This document shows positions 62,308-64,000 of a stretch of 64,000 nucleotides of DNA, in pieces (position 1 is the stretch's first letter; the number at the start of each line of letters is the position of its first letter). The DNA is from Sphaerochaetaceae bacterium. Lineage in GTDB: Bacteria; Spirochaetota; Spirochaetia; Sphaerochaetales; Sphaerochaetaceae. A model generated the notes under the pieces. That model saw nothing but the letters and a program-made list of their open reading frames with translations. It was not told the DNA's origin and ran no database searches. The stretch spans positions 1,012 through 65,011 of the forward strand of contig CAVFYD010000001.1 in NCBI GenBank assembly GCA_963626615.1, in the 5' to 3' direction. The position numbers and the translations under genes were made by a program.

Positions 62308-64000
62308 ATGAGAACAAAAGACAATCTCACACCATGGAATCGTTTTGATCCATACAGGGGAAAATACTTCAACGGGGAGTGGCCGACACTCAAGGAGCTC
62401 TTCGTCCTCAATACCGATCTTTACCCGGAGAGAAACTGCTGGGTTGAATTTGCACCGAAATATCTGTGCCTGACATACAGAGAGGCAGCTGACAGAGTGA
62501 AGAATGTTTCTTCATGGCTTCTTTCTCTCGGCCTCAAGAAGGGTGACAAGGTAATCGTCAGCGGCAAGAACAGCGTCGCATGGGCTGTCGTCTACATGGC
62601 AGTACTCTACATGGGCGGAACAATCGTTCCTCTCGACAACTCTCTCCATGACGAAGACTTCATCAAGCTTGCCTCCTTCTCTGATTCCGTCGTCCTCATC
62701 GCAGACAGGGACAGGATGAAGAGAGTTGCCCAATCTCTTCCGATGAAGGGCTACGCATGCCTTGAAGATGGAAGCGAGTGGCAGGACGTCATGAGTATCG
62801 AATGCGAGGAAAGGGAAGGCTTCAATCCTGTTGAGGAAGATGTAGCCGCAATCCTCTTTACATCCGGAACAACAGGTACCCCCAAGGGCGTCATGCTCAC
62901 GCATAAGAACCTCTGCTCCGATATCTACATCGCACAGAGCTGCATGAACATCTATCCCGAAGATGTCTTCTATGCAATCCTCCCGATACACCATGCATAT
63001 ACGATGCTTGCAGTATTTCTTGAGGGACTCGGCACCGGTGCTTCCGTCGTATTCGGAAAGAAGCTTGTCGTGTCACAGATGCTGAAGGAGCTCAAGGAAG
63101 GAAAAGTCACGATGTTCCTCGGTGTCCCGATGCTCTTCAACAAGCTCTATGCGGGAATCATAAACGGTGTAAAGAAGAAGGGACCCGTCGTCTATGGTCT
63201 TATCAGGGCCATGATGGGAGTTTCGGGATTCCTGAAGCAGCACTTCAACTTCCAGGGCGGTAAGAAGATGTTCTCCTTCCTTCTCAAGAAGGTCTCACTC
63301 GACACCAACAGAATATGCATCTGCGGAGGCGGCCCGCTTCCCTCATCGACATTCAAGGGCTTCAACCAGCTCGGTATAAACTTCGTGCAGGGCTACGGCC
63401 TCACGGAGACCAGCCCGATTACCCACCTCAACCCGATCTATGCATTCAAGGTCGAGAGTGTCGGTAAGGCCATTGCGATGACAGAGTGCAAGATAGTGGA
63501 CCCGGACAGCGAGGGCAACGGCATCATCTACATCCGCGGACCTCAGGTCATGAAGGGCTACTACAAGAACCAGGAGGCAACTGACGAGATCCTCGACAAG
63601 GACGGCTGGCTTAACACCGGAGATGTGGGGCACATCGACAGCGAGAACTATCTCTACCTCACGGGCCGTGCAAAGTCCATCATCGTCACCGACGGCGGCA
63701 AGAACGTATTCCCCGAGGAGATAGAGGACAAGTTCCAGCTCTATGATGAAATCGACCAGATCTGCATCATCGGCTACATCACCGACAAGGCTCTCAAGGT
63801 CGAGGGAATCAGGGCAGTGGTCTATCCTTCGAAGACTCTCAGGGATACGGGTGACAAGAAGAAGATTGAAGATACAATCACCGGAATCATCAGCGACGTG
63901 AACAAGGAACTCCAGTCCTACAAGAAGATCACGATGGTGACCGTCACCGACGAACCTCTCGAGATGACTTCCACAAAGAAGATCAAGAGATTCGCTGTTG
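62308..64000 (+). CDS. long-chain fatty acid--CoA ligase (AMP-binding enzyme), copy 2 (3' end beyond the window)
   Basis: Hand translation from ATG at 62308 (RBS aggag) gives MRTKDNLTPWNRFDPYRGKYFNGEWPTLKEL... It contains LFTSGTTGTPKGVMLTH and is collinear with copy 1. It is absent from the ORF track because it has no stop in the window. Confidence 0.9.
   Translation, partial: MRTKDNLTPWNRFDPYRGKYFNGEWPTLKELFVLNTDLYPERNCWVEFAPKYLCLTYREAADRVKNVSSWLLSLGLKKGDKVIVSGKNSVAWAVVYMAVLYMGGTIVPLDNSLHDEDFIKLASFSDSVVLIADRDRMKRVAQSLPMKGYACLEDGSEWQDVMSIECEEREGFNPVEEDVAAILFTSGTTGTPKGVMLTHKNLCSDIYIAQSCMNIYPEDVFYAILPIHHAYTMLAVFLEGLGTGASVVFGKKLVVSQMLKELKEGKVTMFLGVPMLFNKLYAGIINGVKKKGPVVYGLIRAMMGVSGFLKQHFNFQGGKKMFSFLLKKVSLDTNRICICGGGPLPSSTFKGFNQLGINFVQGYGLTETSPITHLNPIYAFKVESVGKAIAMTECKIVDPDSEGNGIIYIRGPQVMKGYYKNQEATDEILDKDGWLNTGDVGHIDSENYLYLTGRAKSIIVTDGGKNVFPEEIEDKFQLYDEIDQICIIGYITDKALKVEGIRAVVYPSKTLRDTGDKKKIEDTITGIISDVNKELQSYKKITMVTVTDEPLEMTSTKKIKRFAV

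Overview
A 64-kb, roughly 50% GC, densely coding chromosomal window with about 65 protein genes. I found no rRNA, tRNA or CRISPR array by eye. The gene content suggests a host-associated spirochaete, possibly Treponema-like. The basis is the many signal-peptide proteins with beta-barrel-like C-termini, Mip/FKBP lipoproteins, an NFACT protein and a DUF3798-type ABC transporter. This is inference only.

Most of the window is housekeeping or metabolic:
- gdhA, glycerate kinase, a MATE exporter, a 5-gene ABC transporter operon, a transaldolase-family gene and lrgAB
- a DAHP synthase, DJ-1 and asnA block
- an M20 peptidase operon
- a nagB-nagA operon
- mscL flanked by two FKBP paralogs
- a yicC, CMP-kinase-like, fur, rpoZ and miaA block
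- a folC, NFACT, MEMO-like operon
- two tandem acyl-CoA ligase paralogs

The best candidate for an undescribed system is a three-gene cassette at 7099-10797. Two paralogous small proteins flank a 691-aa coiled-coil protein with a DUF2325-like C-terminus, and all three share an N-terminal sequence block. The cassette starts 14 nt after a decayed ISL3 transposase remnant.

Other points of interest:
- a GntR-linked regulon with a duplicated 13-mer operator
- four translationally coupled outer-membrane-like genes inside the nag operon
- miaA with no canonical start codon
- a hairpin-rich 350-nt convergent intergenic region
- an unlisted 54-aa zinc-ribbon ORF
- an IS630 remnant between the two acyl-CoA ligase copies

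All family assignments come from motif recognition by eye and need profile searches to confirm.
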